Of a stretch of 26,810 nucleotides of DNA, positions 7,517 to 16,771 are shown in pieces (within the stretch, counting starts at the first letter, position 1; each line of letters begins with the position of its first letter). Source of the DNA: Candidatus Micrarchaeota archaeon (GTDB lineage: Archaea; Micrarchaeota; Micrarchaeia; Norongarragalinales; SBBD01); contig JBDRLB010000022.1 of assembly GCA_043813365.1 (NCBI GenBank), positions 1-26,810 of the forward strand, read 5' to 3'. The notes below the pieces were generated by a model. That model saw nothing but the letters and a program-made list of their open reading frames with translations. It made no database searches and was not told where the DNA came from. Position numbers and translations under genes: made by a program.

Positions 7517-9946
7517 ATGCCTCTTACAGAAAGCAGGCATTGGGGCTCGATTAGGCCATTCCTACTCGCATTTGCCTTCCTAATTGGAACTGTTTTTGCA
7601 TTACCCCCATCCGATTTTGCCTTCGTCTTTCCTACTGATTTCGCTTCAAATGGCACATCCATCCATATCAATATCACTTTTTCCAGCAATGACCCGCAAA
7701 ATTGCTCCTTAGCGGTGGCCGCACCCGATGGGTCGCATGCAAATTATACAATGGAATTGAATGGAACTAATTGCTACTATGGGCTTTCTGATGTTTCCCT
7801 TGGCAATTATTCTTATTTTGTCACCGTAACAGATATCGATGCGGAAATCAGCTCAAGCCCGGAAAATTGGACAGTTGGCCAATATTGCGACGTATCAATT
7901 GCAAGGAACCTGACTTTGGCGGCTGATTTGGAGGCCGCACTTGAAAACACCCCATATTGTTACGATATGGATACGCCGGGCGTAACCCTCGATTGCAATG
8001 GGTTTGGAATCTCCCTCGTTGATGGCTCCGGAGATAGTGCGATCAGGATGGGCGCTTCAAACACTTCCGTAATAAATTGCCATTTTCTTGGGTCCTGGGA
8101 TAATTCCTTCATAATGATCTCTGATTTCATTGGCGGAAACCAGTCCGGTTTCCAAATAATCAATAATTCGTTCGATCCGGACGTTTCGCCCTCTTTCGGG
8201 GATATAGCGACGGATTTCGGTACAACCGAGTTCTGCAGCTACGCCCTTATGCAAGGGAACAGCATACTGCACGGCGTAGTTGTCTCCGGAAACATCCTAA
8301 ATCTGGATTTCATCGGTAATATCCTATCGGGGGATGCGGCTTCAGGTTCCCCCGGAAGCAATGGCCCGGATGCGCTTCTGTTCGAGGAACAGGGGAATGG
8401 CGACGGAATACGGGACTATTGGCAAATCCGGGGCAACATTTTCAATTCTACCGGAACCGGCGCGGGCTGCATTTCAACGGACGATAATATAGTTGGAGGA
8501 AGCCATGCTACTATTTATGCTGACAATATTTGCACAACTGATGATGAAGCTCCCCAAATGACAAACGGGATGGGCAACTTCTCTATTATAAATTCCACTT
8601 TCATTCCTTACAACAGATCCCTTTGGCTTGAAACCCAGCCGCAATCGTTCATTTCGCAGGCATGGTACCTTTACGTGAACGTTACCGATTCCTCGGGCTC
8701 GGCAATATCGAACGCATCCGTTGCGTGTTATGATGTGAACGGCACGGAAGCAGCTTCGGGTTTCACTGATGCGGGCGGGATGGCCAATTTTACAATTTTG
8801 GGGCTGCTTTTGGATGATTCGGGCAATGCTGTGGAATATACTCCGCATAACGTCACGGTTGCTGCGGTTTTGTACCGTTCCGCTTCAATCATCACTGAAA
8901 TGAACCGTTCCCTGCTGCTGGATTTTGCCCTTGCCGATTACTTTCCTCCAACTAATTACACATTCGTTTACCCAACAACCTCCGGCCGGACTCTGAACAA
9001 CTGGTTTTACTCGAACCTTACCTTCTATGATGCGGATCCGAATGCGTGCGTATTGGTGCTTGCCATTGGGACGAACTATACTATGGAGATGGATGGCACA
9101 AATGCGTACCTGCTGGTAACGGCGCCTGCCAACGGCATCTATGATTACGTTGTAATCTGCAACGACACTTTCGGCAATTCTAATTCATCCCCACAAGTGA
9201 CTGTCATCGTAGACATGGTTCCCGACCCAACGCCGATCCCTGCTGTTTACGTTTCCGGCAGCAATCCGGGCACTTTTATTCCGGCTCCAACGGCGGCACC
9301 GGCGAAGGAGGATATTGCCGTTGAGCCGGCAAAGCCGCCCGTTATGGAGCGTATCGAAATTATTGTCGATGGGGCGCAAAACGTAACGGATGCTGTGCAG
9401 GCATCCCCATCCGGAGGTGCCGAAGCATTGTTTGATATCGTTGTTACTTCTCTTGAGAAAAACCTAGCTACTGGAGGAGTGCCATCGGTAAAAATATCTC
9501 TGACCAAGTTCAATGAAGGAGGAAAAATCGAGGTCAATATGCTATATGAGATTCGCGATGGTACCGGGAAGGCGATCCGGGTGGCGAGGGAGGCGCGAAC
9601 TGTCGAATTGACGGAGGATTTCATCGTCTCCCTCGGCCTTCCCGAGAATGCGCCTTCCGGAAAATATGAATTTTACGCGAAAATCACTTACGGAGGAGGT
9701 AAAATTGCGGAATCATCGGATACATTCGAGTATCTTAAAAAGGAAGCTGCAGGAAACAAAGGCGGCTCCCGTCTTGGATTTCTTCCCCATCTCCTCGGGA
9801 TAATTGCCGCAACTTCGCTGCTTTATTTCTGGCAATGGAAGGGCAAGGAAGAAGTTGTGCAGCCGGATGAAAAGCCGTTAACGGTAAGGAAGCTTGTCCA
9901 TAAACCGGGATCTGCTGCAGAAATTAAGGAATACGCCTTGAAGTGA
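7517..9946 (+). CDS. Large cell-surface glycoprotein (Ig-like repeats, parallel beta-helix, carboxypeptidase-regulatory-like domain, C-terminal Ig-like domain, TM anchor)
   Basis: Signal peptide. Beta-helix hallmarks GVTLDCNGFGI, NTSVINCHF, QIINNSF, QIRGNIF. WYLYVNVTDSSGSAISNASV...TDAGG module. More than 20 N-x-S/T sequons. TM LGFLPHLLGIIAATSLLYFW. Confidence 0.85.
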   Translation: MPLTESRHWGSIRPFLLAFAFLIGTVFALPPSDFAFVFPTDFASNGTSIHINITFSSNDPQNCSLAVAAPDGSHANYTMELNGTNCYYGLSDVSLGNYSYFVTVTDIDAEISSSPENWTVGQYCDVSIARNLTLAADLEAALENTPYCYDMDTPGVTLDCNGFGISLVDGSGDSAIRMGASNTSVINCHFLGSWDNSFIMISDFIGGNQSGFQIINNSFDPDVSPSFGDIATDFGTTEFCSYALMQGNSILHGVVVSGNILNLDFIGNILSGDAASGSPGSNGPDALLFEEQGNGDGIRDYWQIRGNIFNSTGTGAGCISTDDNIVGGSHATIYADNICTTDDEAPQMTNGMGNFSIINSTFIPYNRSLWLETQPQSFISQAWYLYVNVTDSSGSAISNASVACYDVNGTEAASGFTDAGGMANFTILGLLLDDSGNAVEYTPHNVTVAAVLYRSASIITEMNRSLLLDFALADYFPPTNYTFVYPTTSGRTLNNWFYSNLTFYDADPNACVLVLAIGTNYTMEMDGTNAYLLVTAPANGIYDYVVICNDTFGNSNSSPQVTVIVDMVPDPTPIPAVYVSGSNPGTFIPAPTAAPAKEDIAVEPAKPPVMERIEIIVDGAQNVTDAVQASPSGGAEALFDIVVTSLEKNLATGGVPSVKISLTKFNEGGKIEVNMLYEIRDGTGKAIRVAREARTVELTEDFIVSLGLPENAPSGKYEFYAKITYGGGKIAESSDTFEYLKKEAAGNKGGSRLGFLPHLLGIIAATSLLYFWQWKGKEEVVQPDEKPLTVRKLVHKPGSAAEIKEYALK

Positions 9947-9947
9947 T

Positions 9948-10499
9948 TCAGCGCTTTATCCTGCCCCTGACGATTTTCCTGATTTTATTCCTCAAGCTGC
10001 GTCTTTCATTGTATTTTTGGAATCTTGGCATCAGGAGGAACGGGCCGGCAACCAATATTATGGCTATCCCCGCATATCCCAACATCTGCAATACGCCTTC
10101 GGCCTGTGCATTTCCGGATTTTGCAACTACCTGGAATGAATGCTCTCCTGCATATGCCTTCCCTTCGGAACCGACCGTTACCTTCAGCGTATATTTCCCG
10201 GGAACGATATTGTCAGGGAGCTTGATGCCCTCTGATGTCGATACTTGCGTCTCAATTGCAATGGTCTTGGTTTTCGTGCTTATGGAATTCTTTTGGGAAT
10301 CCAGAACGTCATACCTCACGGTGATGTCGATGCGCTTCTCCTCCCCGAGGTTGAATATGGTGGCAGTTGACCACACCGTTTCCCCCACGCCAACCTGCCG
10401 GTAACCTTCGGCAATGTCGACGTTCACTGTGAACGAATCTGCAGCCATTGCTGGGGGCAATAATAGGGCAATAAGGAATGCGATCAGTAATTTGCTCAT
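9948..10499 (-). CDS. Single-pass membrane protein with one extracellular Ig-like domain
   Basis: Signal peptide; beta-sandwich with IKLPDNIVPGKYTLKVTV; TM MLGYAGIAIILVAGPFLLM; basic tail. Its ATG overlaps the upstream TGA (ATGA). Confidence 0.8.
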   Translation of the reverse strand: MSKLLIAFLIALLLPPAMAADSFTVNVDIAEGYRQVGVGETVWSTATIFNLGEEKRIDITVRYDVLDSQKNSISTKTKTIAIETQVSTSEGIKLPDNIVPGKYTLKVTVGSEGKAYAGEHSFQVVAKSGNAQAEGVLQMLGYAGIAIILVAGPFLLMPRFQKYNERRSLRNKIRKIVRGRIKR

Positions 10500-10978
10500 T
10501 TTTTCCCCTTTACCTCGTCGAAAAAATTGTAAATTTTCTGGAGCAGTTCCTCCCCCTGGGTTTTCGGCGTGAACGCGAAAACGGAAACGTCCTTCCCGTC
10601 CGCGAATTCAGTCACCTCCTTAACGAATTTTGCAACCTTGTTCACATCGTTATAAATGAGCAGCGTCGAAAGCGCGTCCACGAGCACGAATTTCCTTCCC
10701 GGAATCTCGTCGATGTACATTTTGACCGCATACTCCACCTGCTCAAGCTCCGTTGGCTTGAAATGCAGCACGTCCCGCCTTGCCTGCTGGGTTGCCACGC
10801 AATCAATGAAGAACAGCCTATCTGTGCCGATTCCCGCCTTTGAAAAAGCCTCAGCTGCACTTTTTTGCGACTTGTTCAGCGATAAATAGATTCCCCATTC
10901 CTCCTTCCTGTTTGAAAGTAGCTGGTTTATCTCCTTCTGAAGCGCTTCCACGGACGTTATGATCAGGGTGGAACCCAT
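10496..10978 (-). CDS. Inactive KaiC/RecA-like ATPase-fold domain protein (DUF835/iKaiC-like)
   Basis: GIYLSLNKS, LFFIDC and FVLVDALSTLLIYN motifs. No Walker A GKT/S. Confidence 0.75.
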   Translation of the reverse strand: MGSTLIITSVEALQKEINQLLSNRKEEWGIYLSLNKSQKSAAEAFSKAGIGTDRLFFIDCVATQQARRDVLHFKPTELEQVEYAVKMYIDEIPGRKFVLVDALSTLLIYNDVNKVAKFVKEVTEFADGKDVSVFAFTPKTQGEELLQKIYNFFDEVKGKK

Positions 10979-11033
10979 ATTTACACCATCAAGGGAATGT
11001 AAAGTTTAATAACTGATTTTTTTAATCCTGGAG

Positions 11034-11396
11034 TTACCCGGGCAGCATTTTTTTAATCCGGTTGACAAGATCATCCCTCTTGAACGGCTTTGTTATGTAG
11101 TCTGAAATGCCTTCCTTCCTAAGTTCCTCCAGCCTCTCAGCGGAAATAGGGATGGCGCTCAGGAACGCGTATTTGCAGTCCTTTTGAGATTTCCTCAGCT
11201 TTTCGAAAATATCCCAGCCGGACATGTCGGGAAGCATTATATCCAGCAAATACAGGTCGTACTTCTTCACGGATGATCGCTGGAGGCCTTCCCTCCCGTT
11301 GGCAGCTGTATCGGTTTCAAATCCGGCCGATGAAAGGAGGATTTTGACCGCATCAGCGGTGTCCCTGCTATCTTCAATGTATAATATGGCCTTCAT
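11034..11396 (-). CDS. Stand-alone response regulator receiver (CheY-like)
   Basis: ILYIEDS, YLLDIMLPDMSG (phospho-Asp), FLSA and YITKPF. ATG overlaps the kinase stop. Confidence 0.95.
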   Translation of the reverse strand: MKAILYIEDSRDTADAVKILLSSAGFETDTAANGREGLQRSSVKKYDLYLLDIMLPDMSGWDIFEKLRKSQKDCKYAFLSAIPISAERLEELRKEGISDYITKPFKRDDLVNRIKKMLPG

Positions 11397-14350
11397 TTCC
11401 TATCACCCAAATTTTTCCTCAATGGCATAATTGCCGTGATTACCGTGCCCTTGCCAGCTATGGAGTCAATCGTGACTCTGCCTCCATGCGCCTCTACAAG
11501 CTTCTTGACAATTGCCAGGCCGAGCCCGGAACCGCCGAATTTCCTATCCACTTTCGCGTCCACCTGGTAGAATTTCTGGAACAGCTTTTCAATCTTCTCC
11601 TTCGGAATTCCGATGCCCGTATCTATCACGCTAATTTCCGCGAATTCCCCCTTCCTTTCAGCCTTGATTCTCACTTCGCCCTTGTCGGTGAACTTGATCG
11701 CATTGCTGACAAGATTGACAATGATTTCCTTCAGCCGGATCTCATCCGCCTCCATTTCGATTGGTTCCGCATCCGTAAGCAGCTGTATGCCCTTTTCTTC
11801 AGCCTGCAGCTTATTCTCGGTCGTAATTTCCCCGAGAAGCGCTTCCAGGTCGACATTGTCATAATTCAGCTCGAACCTGCCGGTTTCCATTCTGGAAATT
11901 TCCAGGATGTTTTCAATCAGCATCCTGAGCGCCTCCTTATTCCTCCTGATCGCCTCAATGCTCTTCAGCTCCTGCTCGTTCAGGTTCTGCTTCATCAGGT
12001 CTATTACGTCCAGGTGCGCGGAAATCGCCGTGATCGGCGTTTTAAGCTCGTGCGAAACCATATTCAGGAATTCGGTTTTTGTCTGGTCTATCTGCTTCAT
12101 CTGCTCGACGGATTCCCCAAGCGATTTTTCCGCCTTCTTCTGGTCCGTAATATCCTCGAAAATCATCAGGTATCCGGTAGGTGCGGCTGCATTTACCGTA
12201 ATAAGCGGAACCGCAATCGTATCCACGATCCTCTTTCCGGATTTGCGGGTTTTGAGGAGGCCGGCCGACTTCACCATATCGAAATCGAATTCAACGACTT
12301 TTTCAAGGATCAAGCCATTTTTTAGCCGGATTATGTCCTCTTGCGTCTGGGTGGGAAGGCCGAATATGCTGGCCATTTTGTTGTCCTCTAGCGAATCAAT
12401 GCCTAAAAGCTCAAGGGTCGCCTTATTCATGTCCGTCAATATGCCCTCCTTATTGTAGAACGAAAATCCCAAGGGCGACTGTTCGTACATGCTCTTGAAT
12501 CTGGCCTGCTCCTCCTTGAGCTTGCCTTCAATTTCCTTCATTTTTGTGACGTCCTCGCCGGAACCGATCGTCGCGACAATTTTCCCAGTGTTGTCCTTTA
12601 CCGCTGCATTGTGCCAGTCAATTATCCTGCGTTCACCTTTCACATTCACTATTTCGTTTTCGTATTTTTCTACTTTTTCAACATGCCCGCTTATAATCTG
12701 GTCGAAAACATCGTGGGCTTCCTTCCGGTTCTCCGGGGGCAGGAAATTCGAGAACCAGTCCTTCCCGATGATGTTTTCCCTATTTTCACCTAGTATTTCG
12801 GCGCCTTTCTGGTTGATGAGCTCGATTTTTCCTTCCGGATTGAGCACAAGGATCATGAATGATGCGACGTTCAGGTACTTTTCCGCCTTTTCCCTTTCGC
12901 GTGAGATGTTTTCCTCGTATTTTTTCCTCTCGCTAATGTCGCGCATGACGCATTGTATTGAAGCCATTTTGCCGTTTTCAATTGCCGGGCGGCCGGATAC
13001 TTCGACAAAAAATGGTTCCTGGCCTTTAGGCCTGAATAGGAATTCAATCGAACCCGGCCTCAAGTCATGTGACATCCTCTCGATCAGCTTATAGGCAGAA
13101 AGCAGTTCCGCCTTGTCCTCGAAATAATTGGAGATCAACGAGCCCGTTACCTCTTCCTGCGAATACCCCCCAAATTCGCTGACCGCAGGGCTGACATAGC
13201 CTACCCTGCCTTCCGGAGATATCCTGAGCACGACGTCTTTTTGGTTCTCTGCGAGGAACCGGAATTTTTCCTCGCTGTCCTTGATTTTTTCCCTGGCATC
13301 CTGCAGGCGGTCAAGCATCTTGTTCATGGAATCGGTTGCAGTTGTAATCTCGTCGTTTTCGCCAGTTTTTTCCACCCTCAAACCGAACTTGCCGGCGCCT
13401 ATTTCCATGATCCTGTTGCGGATCTTCATTATCCTGCCGAATACCAGTTGATTCAGCATAAATACGATCGCCAATATCGTGACAATTCCCGCGATCAGCA
13501 CTAAATGGACAAATTGAGTGATGGCCGCTTTCCCCTCAGCATAATAGGTGCGCTCCGATTCGATTTCTATTCCTACGGCCGGATTGCCGTAAATGTCATC
13601 GAATGCCGAATATCCCGATATCAGCGATTCGTTTGGGAATGCCGTGATGTATGAGGAGGAGTTTTTTTTCAGTGCATCCACGGCCCTCTTGTCAATTTCA
13701 TCCCCGATCTTGCCGTCAAACCGGTGTATTTCGATCGGTTTCTTCAATATGGCACCAAAATCGGCAATTTTTTCCTCGTCAAGCCACCTCCCCATGACCA
13801 GGTAGCCCGAAGCATTGCCCTTGCCGCCGGTTTTTTTAATTGTCTCGGCTGCAATGATCATCATCCCTTCATCGAGCATGACCAAACCGTGATTGTCAAC
13901 ATCGCCGTTTTCAGCACTCCCCCTGGCAAGCAGGTTCCCTTCTGTCAGTTTATCCATAAGGCTTTCGGGAAAGGGCAATTCTTCCAGTTTCCTGAAATCG
14001 ACATTATTTCTGTAAAGCAGGAAAAACGATTTGTTGAGGATGATAATGACGTTCATCTGAAGGTTGTCGAATGTTGTAAGATCGATGTTCCTTTCGATGA
14101 AATTTTCATTGTCACCCGTTGCATATTCCGCCATGTCGTCCCATTGGGCCCAATCGACGGTGGTCTTGACCGATGCACCGAAATCCATCTCAAGCATGCC
14201 CCCGACCTGTTCGATATTTCTAAATACTTTTTCAGATTCGAGCTTGTTGTAATTTTCAAGCATGGTGGCTTGCATGTAGGCGTAAATGAATAGGAGAAGT
14301 GCGCCCGAAACAATGCTAATGGTGGCAATGGCCTTGGTTCTGATCAGCAT
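11393..14350 (-). CDS. Sensor histidine kinase: TM-CHASE4-TM-HAMP-3xPAS-HisKA-HATPase
   Basis: CHASE4 DWAQWDDMAEY; HAMP ENDEITT...NKMLDRL; PAS ends RDISERK, EDVTKMK and EDITDQK; H-box SHELKTP; N-box NLVSNAIKFT; DTGIGI; GSGLGLAI. Confidence 0.95.
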   Translation of the reverse strand: MLIRTKAIATISIVSGALLLFIYAYMQATMLENYNKLESEKVFRNIEQVGGMLEMDFGASVKTTVDWAQWDDMAEYATGDNENFIERNIDLTTFDNLQMNVIIILNKSFFLLYRNNVDFRKLEELPFPESLMDKLTEGNLLARGSAENGDVDNHGLVMLDEGMMIIAAETIKKTGGKGNASGYLVMGRWLDEEKIADFGAILKKPIEIHRFDGKIGDEIDKRAVDALKKNSSSYITAFPNESLISGYSAFDDIYGNPAVGIEIESERTYYAEGKAAITQFVHLVLIAGIVTILAIVFMLNQLVFGRIMKIRNRIMEIGAGKFGLRVEKTGENDEITTATDSMNKMLDRLQDAREKIKDSEEKFRFLAENQKDVVLRISPEGRVGYVSPAVSEFGGYSQEEVTGSLISNYFEDKAELLSAYKLIERMSHDLRPGSIEFLFRPKGQEPFFVEVSGRPAIENGKMASIQCVMRDISERKKYEENISREREKAEKYLNVASFMILVLNPEGKIELINQKGAEILGENRENIIGKDWFSNFLPPENRKEAHDVFDQIISGHVEKVEKYENEIVNVKGERRIIDWHNAAVKDNTGKIVATIGSGEDVTKMKEIEGKLKEEQARFKSMYEQSPLGFSFYNKEGILTDMNKATLELLGIDSLEDNKMASIFGLPTQTQEDIIRLKNGLILEKVVEFDFDMVKSAGLLKTRKSGKRIVDTIAVPLITVNAAAPTGYLMIFEDITDQKKAEKSLGESVEQMKQIDQTKTEFLNMVSHELKTPITAISAHLDVIDLMKQNLNEQELKSIEAIRRNKEALRMLIENILEISRMETGRFELNYDNVDLEALLGEITTENKLQAEEKGIQLLTDAEPIEMEADEIRLKEIIVNLVSNAIKFTDKGEVRIKAERKGEFAEISVIDTGIGIPKEKIEKLFQKFYQVDAKVDRKFGGSGLGLAIVKKLVEAHGGRVTIDSIAGKGTVITAIMPLRKNLGDRK

Positions 14351-14517
14351 CCGAGGTTATCACTATTTTCGATGAAATTGGGGGGAAGGGCAATCCGGTT
14401 TGGAAATATCGCTTGCGGGTTGAGCCGTTGCGTCGGGATCCGGGAGAAGAAGTCGTTGATCCCTCTCCAACTATTAATCCGCCGCACGCCGAATTCTTTT
14501 ATGCTTCCTGCTGCCAT
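14344..14517 (-). CDS. Possible 57-aa leader ORF overlapping the kinase start
   Basis: MAAGSIKEFGVRRINSWRG...NLGC*. ATG is about 25 nt after a minus-strand TTTTATAT, and its TGA lies within ATGCTGA of the kinase start. No recognisable homology. Confidence 0.3.
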   Translation of the reverse strand: MAAGSIKEFGVRRINSWRGINDFFSRIPTQRLNPQAIFPNRIALPPNFIENSDNLGC

Positions 14518-14540
14518 TTGAGCCCTACTGAAAGGTTGCA

Positions 14541-14571
14541 ATATAAAAATACTCGGCCGGAGTATATAAAA
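14541..14571 (-). promoter_or_regulatory. Two TATA-like boxes flanking inverted repeat ATACTC-N5-GAGTAT
   Basis: ATATAAAAATACTCGGCCGGAGTATATAAAA; the inverted repeat spans 14549-14565, upstream of the kinase operon. Confidence 0.45.
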
Positions 14572-14712
14572 TAAGGTATTAAATAAAAAATTTACATTAG
14601 TGCTAGTGTTTTATTTACTATCTGACATAGCGGATAGAATAATTATAAACCGGCAGGGATTTCCTTTCTAGAAGCGCAAAATCCACGGTTCTTTCGCGGT
14701 TGCTCTCATGAA

Positions 14713-15144
14713 TTATCCCAGTGCAACCAGAATCGCACCCACAACCATCAGCACCGCTCCGGCAGCTATCTGCAGGCTCACCCTTTCGCCCAAAACAAGC
14801 GCCGCAAGCACCAGCCCGAACACTACGCTCAACCGGTCAATTGGCATTACCTGGGACGCTTTTCCGGCCTTCAGCGCAAGGAAATAAAAGAGCCATGAAA
14901 GCGCACCCGCAACTCCCGACAATGCAATGAACTTCAAGGCCTCCGAATTGGAGACAATTTTCCCTATGAGGTTCAATTTCCCCTCCACGACTATTATGCC
15001 GAAAAGGAATGCGGCCATTATTATGGCGCGGACCGTAGTTGCGGTTGTTGTGTCCATCCCCTGCAGGCCCATTTTGCCGAAAATGGCCACCAATGCGGCA
15101 GTGAATGCGGAGAGAATCGCAAAAATCAGCCAAGTGTAATCCAT
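14713..15144 (-). CDS. EamA/DMT family small transporter
   Basis: WLIFAILSAFTAALVAIFGKMG, ALSWLFYFLALKAGKASQVMPIDRLSVV and LGE motifs; 5 TM. Confidence 0.9.
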   Translation of the reverse strand: MDYTWLIFAILSAFTAALVAIFGKMGLQGMDTTTATTVRAIIMAAFLFGIIVVEGKLNLIGKIVSNSEALKFIALSGVAGALSWLFYFLALKAGKASQVMPIDRLSVVFGLVLAALVLGERVSLQIAAGAVLMVVGAILVALG

Positions 15145-15148
15145 GCAA

Positions 15149-16540
15149 TCAGCTTCTTTGCGGCTTCAATGCCCATTTCAGCATCCAGGGGATGATGATC
15201 GTAGTGATGAATGCCATCGATGCGATTATCGAATACTCCGTTTCGGAAAGTATCGGCGTACCATCCAATGAAAGCGCAGTCAGCCCGTAAAGCCCGATGA
15301 TGAGCGCTATTTCTCCCCTTGGCACCATTCCTATTCCCACGATCAGGGACTCCTTCATGTTGGTTCCTGTAAGGAGCGCGCCTGCGCCGCAGCCGATTAT
15401 TTTCACCAATATGGCGATTATTGTGATTATGAGGATGGGTATGAGGTTGGCGAGCAATGCAGGTATGTCTACCAGCATTCCCAATGAAATGAAGAATATG
15501 GGCGTGAAGAACGCCTCCAGCGGGTAAAAAAGCTCGAATAATTTGTGCGTCAGCTTGCTGTAATTCAGCGTTATTCCCGCAATGAATGCGCCCACTATGG
15601 CAGAAAGGCCGATGAACTCCGCAACATAGGAGTATGCGAGCACGTACGCAAGGATCCCGAGGAACGTGGAGTTCGAAATGCTTTCCTCCTTCAGGTCCTT
15701 GTCAAAATAGCGCTTCACGATGCGCTGGCCGAATAGGATCCCTCCAGAAACGAACACGAATGCGGTGAAAACCACCGTCAAAAGGGGCGATAGCGTCTCT
15801 GCAGTCAATTGGGAGGGGAAGTTTTTTACGAGGCTGAGCACCAGCAGGGCAAGGATGTCGTCAATTACAGCTGCGCCGAGGATAACTTTTGCGAATCCCT
15901 TTTCCATCACCTTCAATTCGGAAAGCACCGCAACGGTGACTCCTACGCTTGTCGCTGTAAGTGCGGCCCCAAGGAACATTGCATAGCTGAATCCGTGCCC
16001 GGTCAGGCTCGCATAATAGAATCCCGCAAAAAATGGCAAAATTACCCCGAGGATGCCCACAATGAAATTTTTTATGTTGAATATCTGCTTGATTTCCGAG
16101 TGCAGGCCTATTTTGAACAGCAGCAGGATCGCACCAAGCTGGGCGAATATTTTGACAACGCCTTCCGTAGGTATAAGGTGGGGCAACCTGGCGGGCTGGG
16201 AAAACACTATCCCGAAAGCCCCCAGCACCCATGTCAGGATTCCTAGGGCGAATGGGAAAAATATCTTGATGGCGCTCGGGCTTATCGCAACTCCCAAAAG
16301 CAGCAAAACCATCACTGTCGGCTGCTTCAAATGCACGACAAGGAGCTCCGCCATTACTGCTGCAAGCAAAAGGAGGCTGAGGTCGAACCAGATCTTCTTG
16401 TCCTCCTCCACTTCAGTGAACAGGGATGCCCTCAGTACTGAGAGGAAGAGCAGCAGCACCAATGCGATCATCAGGAAAATTGAAATGGGCATCAGGCTTT
16501 TCGATATCGCCGTTCCCTTTTTCTCCATTTTTTTTTCCAT
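15149..16540 (-). CDS. Cation:proton antiporter, CPA2 (NapA-like Na+/H+ antiporter)
   Basis: LGAILLLFKIGL, GAALTATSVGVT, GAAVIDDILAL (DD motif), IVGAFIAG, PIFFISLG, K in LVKIIGC, and GMVPRGE. Confidence 0.92.
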   Translation of the reverse strand: MEKKMEKKGTAISKSLMPISIFLMIALVLLLFLSVLRASLFTEVEEDKKIWFDLSLLLLAAVMAELLVVHLKQPTVMVLLLLGVAISPSAIKIFFPFALGILTWVLGAFGIVFSQPARLPHLIPTEGVVKIFAQLGAILLLFKIGLHSEIKQIFNIKNFIVGILGVILPFFAGFYYASLTGHGFSYAMFLGAALTATSVGVTVAVLSELKVMEKGFAKVILGAAVIDDILALLVLSLVKNFPSQLTAETLSPLLTVVFTAFVFVSGGILFGQRIVKRYFDKDLKEESISNSTFLGILAYVLAYSYVAEFIGLSAIVGAFIAGITLNYSKLTHKLFELFYPLEAFFTPIFFISLGMLVDIPALLANLIPILIITIIAILVKIIGCGAGALLTGTNMKESLIVGIGMVPRGEIALIIGLYGLTALSLDGTPILSETEYSIIASMAFITTIIIPWMLKWALKPQRS

Positions 16541-16771
16541 ACGCGTTTCCTACCAAATTTACAAACATCAAGGTTAAAGCCCTTGCTGTTCCCCCTTTCG
16601 CCATCTTATTTGCCCGGCAGCATTCCGATATTAATGCAGGATGACGCCGGTTCGGTGTCCGAGGCTTTTATATTTTATATGGTTGATTCCCCACTGATGT
16701 TTTAAAAGGCAGTAGCAAATATACTATTGCTTTGGGTAAAGTGGGTTCCCATTGCGTGGGGGTTTATCGAA

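Noticed and set aside
11486..14293. Long plus-strand ORFs (279, 201, 189 and 183 aa) opposite the kinase, and similar shadow ORFs opposite otsA, treT and the antiporters
   Set aside because: They are antisense shadows of well-supported genes and have no recognisable motifs or RBS.
5562..14531. 12-bp match GAGCCCTACTGA at 5562-5573 and 14520-14531
   Set aside because: About 20 chance 12-mer matches are expected in a window this size, and there is no other sign of an element boundary.
16642..16659. GGTTCG-containing hairpin GACGCCG-GTT-CGGTGTC as a tRNA T-arm
   Set aside because: No cloverleaf, D-arm or acceptor stem can be built around it.
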